A stretch of DNA of 64,000 nt, taken from positions 11,629,074-11,693,073 of the forward strand of contig CAJINV010000003.1 of the NCBI GenBank assembly GCA_905178155.1, read 5' to 3'. Under the pieces are notes generated by a model. The model made no database searches, was not told the origin of the DNA, and worked only from the letters and a program-made list of their open reading frames with translations. How positions within the stretch are numbered: the stretch's first letter is position 1; each line of letters begins with the position of its first letter. A program made the translations under genes and the position numbers. Shown here in pieces: positions 61,901-64,000 of this stretch. The DNA is from Amoebophrya sp. A120 (taxonomy: Eukaryota > Protista > Dinoflagellata).

Positions 61901-62632
61901 TCCAATTCTTCGGCAGCCGCCTCCTCAGGGAGTAGGTGGTCGGCGTCGAGTGCGCACAAGTGCTCAAGCCGGTGGTTTGGATGTTGCGCAGTTGCGGCGC
62001 TGGAAGATGCAGGGAATGCAGCCGCGGAAGTCGGTGGGGTTGCAGATGACCAGCCTTGTTCCGCAAAGTCTGTTTCGGAGTCCGAGAACAAAGGAAAATT
62101 TGGATCATTCGGGAGGCTTTGCGCGTCGCTCTCTGCAGCTGAGGAGGACGTTTGCTCTCCTCGTCTCGCGGCCCCAGCTGCCGTGCTTCTTGATCTCCTG
62201 CACCGATACCGGTCTTCCACTTCTCGGTAGTTGTAGATTTCCCCGGTGTATGCATTGCGAGAGCATCGTGCTAGTAGCAATTGCATGCCAAATTTTTTCG
62301 AGAAGAAGAAGTGCTAGATGAAATAAAGCGCAAGAATCTATTAACGAACGCAAAGTCACAGGTACTGTAGAGCTTAGATCTGTCATGGAAGATTGCATCT
62401 CGTACGAATCCGATACTTTTGCACAGGATACGTTGAACAGTATCTGCACCTCCCCGCCACGGTAGCTGAGCGGCTGCAGCACCCGGTCGCCCGTCATATG
62501 CAGAAGGTTGTGCACGAAGGTGAAGCCCTGCCGCCGGGTGTGCGTCGTGGCGTCGGGCCCGCGAAGCTGCATAAAATAGTTCAGCCAGGGCAGGTTCTGC
62601 AGAACCCAGGAAGTGAGTAGAAAGGAACACAT
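55901..62632 (-). CDS. Fusion of asparagine-synthetase-like class II amidotransferase and PLOD-type glycosyltransferase, 1380 aa, 10 exons
   Basis: Exons 62436-62632, 61376-62248, 60971-61099, 60326-60391, 58781-60012, 58121-58604, 57686-57816, 57379-57415, 57149-57223, 55901-56819 total 4143 nt. AsnB motifs: MC start, LRGPD, LFNGEIYN, LDGEYAI, DVFGTKPL, LSSGYDSG, LSGSGADE, EGRYPFLD. Glycosyltransferase motifs: SDGMDVFF, IVFSSERLC, YLNAGGYLG, DQYLF, LDVWQTIFGN, WHGNG. Confidence 0.88.
56820..57143. mobile_element. Introner, family C
   Basis: TATCAAAATGAAAAATCCCCCCTCCCCATATC / GATATGGGGAGGGGGGATTTTTCATTTTGGTA; DR AGAGC. Confidence 0.92.
57224..57373. mobile_element. Introner, family E
   Basis: TATCCTGTGCAAAAGTATCGTACT / AGTACGATACTTTTGCAATCCATA; DR GCTCG. 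Confidence 0.92.
57416..57680. mobile_element. Introner, family A
   Basis: TATCAAATGCAAAAATGTCTGGGTCTGGAAG / CTTCCAGACCCAGACATTTTTACAATCCATA; DR AAACC. Confidence 0.92.
57817..58115. mobile_element. Introner, family A (diverged)
   Basis: TATGCATTGCAAATA..TCTGGGTCTGGAA / CCAGACATTATATTTGCAGTGGATA; DR CTTCG. Confidence 0.88.
58605..58775. mobile_element. Introner, family E-like
   Basis: TATGCATTGCAAAGGTATC / GTACTTTTGCAAAAATGCATA; DR GTGCA; removal gives EEVH|RVQGE. Confidence 0.88.
60013..60320. mobile_element. Introner, family F-like (diverged)
   Basis: TATGAAGAGGGTGTGCG / CGCACACACTCATA; DR AAGGT/AGGGT; removal gives NTEP|FEYK. Confidence 0.82.
60392..60965. mobile_element. Introner, family G, with a nested 285-bp insertion
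   Basis: TATCCTGAGTAAAAACGTACCCACACCAGAGT / ACTCTGGGGTGGGTACGTTTTTACTCAGGATA; DR CGTTC. Confidence 0.92.
61100..61370. mobile_element. Introner, family A
   Basis: TATCAAATGCAAAAATGTCTGGGTCTGGAA / TTCCAGACCCAGACACAACTTTTGCATTTGATA; DR AGTCG; removal gives SSGYD|SGAI. Confidence 0.92.
62249..62430. mobile_element. Introner, family E-like
   Basis: TATGCATTGC / GATACTTTTGCACAGGATA; DR CGGTG/CGTTG; removal gives LFN|GEIYN. Confidence 0.88.
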
Positions 62633-63196
62633 TTTCTGTTTCGCGTTTGAATACTTACCACGATGTCGTTGTGCTTTTCAATTCTTCATCATAACTTGGG
62701 CAGGAAAAGGCCGGAGGCCAAGAGATATCCTCGCACAAAAAAGCGTGTCTAAACTTACCCTCAGAAGAACGCACGACTAGAACTTGAAGTTGAAAGCAGT
62801 CGCGCGCCACTAGCACATCGCATTAATACTGCTGTGTCATCAGAAATCGTGACATTGATCGAATTCTTTCACGGACGGGATCGGAACAAAAAAAACCACA
62901 ACAAAGAAATCGCCAAGAGCAAAACCTCACGCTCAGTCCACCCAGCTCTAGAACTTCAAAAGAGGGACGACAGCCGAAAGGAAAAAAACGCGAAGCCGCG
63001 TCAAGATCAACAATGCGAACGACAGAGGCACCAGTCCATTATATCGGACCCAACTTTACTAAAAGAACCAGAGAAGATAAGATACAGATCCCTTAAACAA
63101 CTGAAGCGCTAGCACAAACAAAATTGGAAAGGAAGAACAAAGTCCAAAGCGCCACCTTCGTGGAAGTAAAACATCAACTATAGCGTCTTGTTGCTA

Positions 63197-63296
63197 NNNN
63201 NNNNNNNNNNNNNNNNNNNNNNNNNNNNNNNNNNNNNNNNNNNNNNNNNNNNNNNNNNNNNNNNNNNNNNNNNNNNNNNNNNNNNNNNNNNNNNNN
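63197..63296. other. Assembly gap (100 N)
   Basis: Run of N. Confidence 1.
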
Positions 63297-63550
63297 GGCT
63301 GATAAGGCGTCGCACTCGACGATGGACGAGGATTGTTTTTGTTAGCGGCCGCGGCTCGTGTGGTTTATAAAAGCACCTGGAATCTTTTTTTTTAATCATT
63401 TCTAGGGTATGCTTTACAGCGGATGCGGATCCCGCGTTTGCCTCTTCTCTTCGACCTCACCACACTAGATGAAGTTCAGCAAACAACTGTGCTGCGGTGC
63501 GTACAGGAGTTACTTCCTTCTTCCGAACAAGGACGAGAGAACCCCTTTGT

Positions 63551-63913
63551 TCACTTCAAACCACAGTACACCATGGTGACGAGAACACTTGTGTCGTCTC
63601 CTCCGTCGGAGAGTTGGTAGGCAATATCGGCCAGATCCTTCGCTATGTCGGACAAGACAGTGGATTGCTTCAGAAACAGTGCCTCCTCTTCCTCCTCGCT
63701 CAGACGATTGCGCTCCCGCGCCGGCAGCCTGGCGTGGTCGTAAAGAAACTGCTGGCAGTCCGCAAGTCGTGACTGGTACTTCAGCGCAATGCGCGGAATG
63801 TCCGCATTCTTCAGAAAGTCGTAGGCACCTGAGTTTAATAGAGATACTTGTGTTAATATATATAGACCCGGGAAAGGTAGAAATTGCCCGAAAGTACTGA
63901 AATCGTGAAGCAC
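63551..63913 (-). CDS. Probable exon of an unidentified gene
   Basis: Coding-like composition (AYDFLKNADIPRIALKYQSRLADCQQFLYDHARLP...); no recognised family. Confidence 0.4.
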   Translation of the reverse strand: MLHDFSTFGQFLPFPGLYILTQVSLLNSGAYDFLKNADIPRIALKYQSRLADCQQFLYDHARLPARERNRLSEEEEEALFLKQSTVLSDIAKDLADIAYQLSDGGDDTSVLVTMVYCGLK

Positions 63914-63929
63914 TTTATCACTCCCCGCG

Positions 63930-64000
63930 TACCCTTACCCGAAACCACTCCAGCGATACCCTTACCCGAAACCACTCCAGGGTTTCCCGGTTTCCCGGTT
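63930..64000. repeat. Short tandem repeats at the window end
   Basis: TACCCTTACCCGAAACCACTCCAG twice (27-bp period), then (GGTTTCCC)n. Confidence 0.7.

Noticed and set aside
63930-64000. Possible telomeric repeat
   Set aside because: Not TTTAGGG or TTAGGG units, only 2-3 copies, and truncated by the window edge.
1-64000. Autonomous transposase, integrase or reverse transcriptase for the introners
   Set aside because: No DDE, tyrosine-recombinase or RT motifs were found in any ORF, including the three large GC-rich inserts.

Overview
Eukaryotic genomic DNA in which every credible gene lies on the minus strand. The genes are interrupted by 32 short insertion elements that act as non-canonical introns ('introners'). 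Each has terminal inverted repeats (TIRs) that begin TAT and nearly always end ATA, and a 5-bp direct repeat (DR). Removing an element plus one DR copy restores the reading frame, often in the middle of a catalytic motif. This architecture matches what is known of the parasitic dinoflagellate Amoebophrya (Syndiniales); the taxon is an inference. Hand splicing recovers: (1) a 927-aa ankyrin + PARP catalytic-domain gene (10399-19009), one of whose introners has grown to 4.07 kb by capturing a nested TIR element that carries a 99-bp satellite; (2) a JmjC dioxygenase; (3) a five-copy tandem family of putative secreted proteins whose paralogues differ in introner presence and orientation; (4) a coiled-coil gene with a duplicated 3' fragment; (5) a 1380-aa fusion of an asparagine-synthetase-like amidotransferase and a PLOD-type glycosyltransferase, split by 9 introners. 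No transposase gene is visible in the window. Family letters A-G are my own labels based on TIR sequence.
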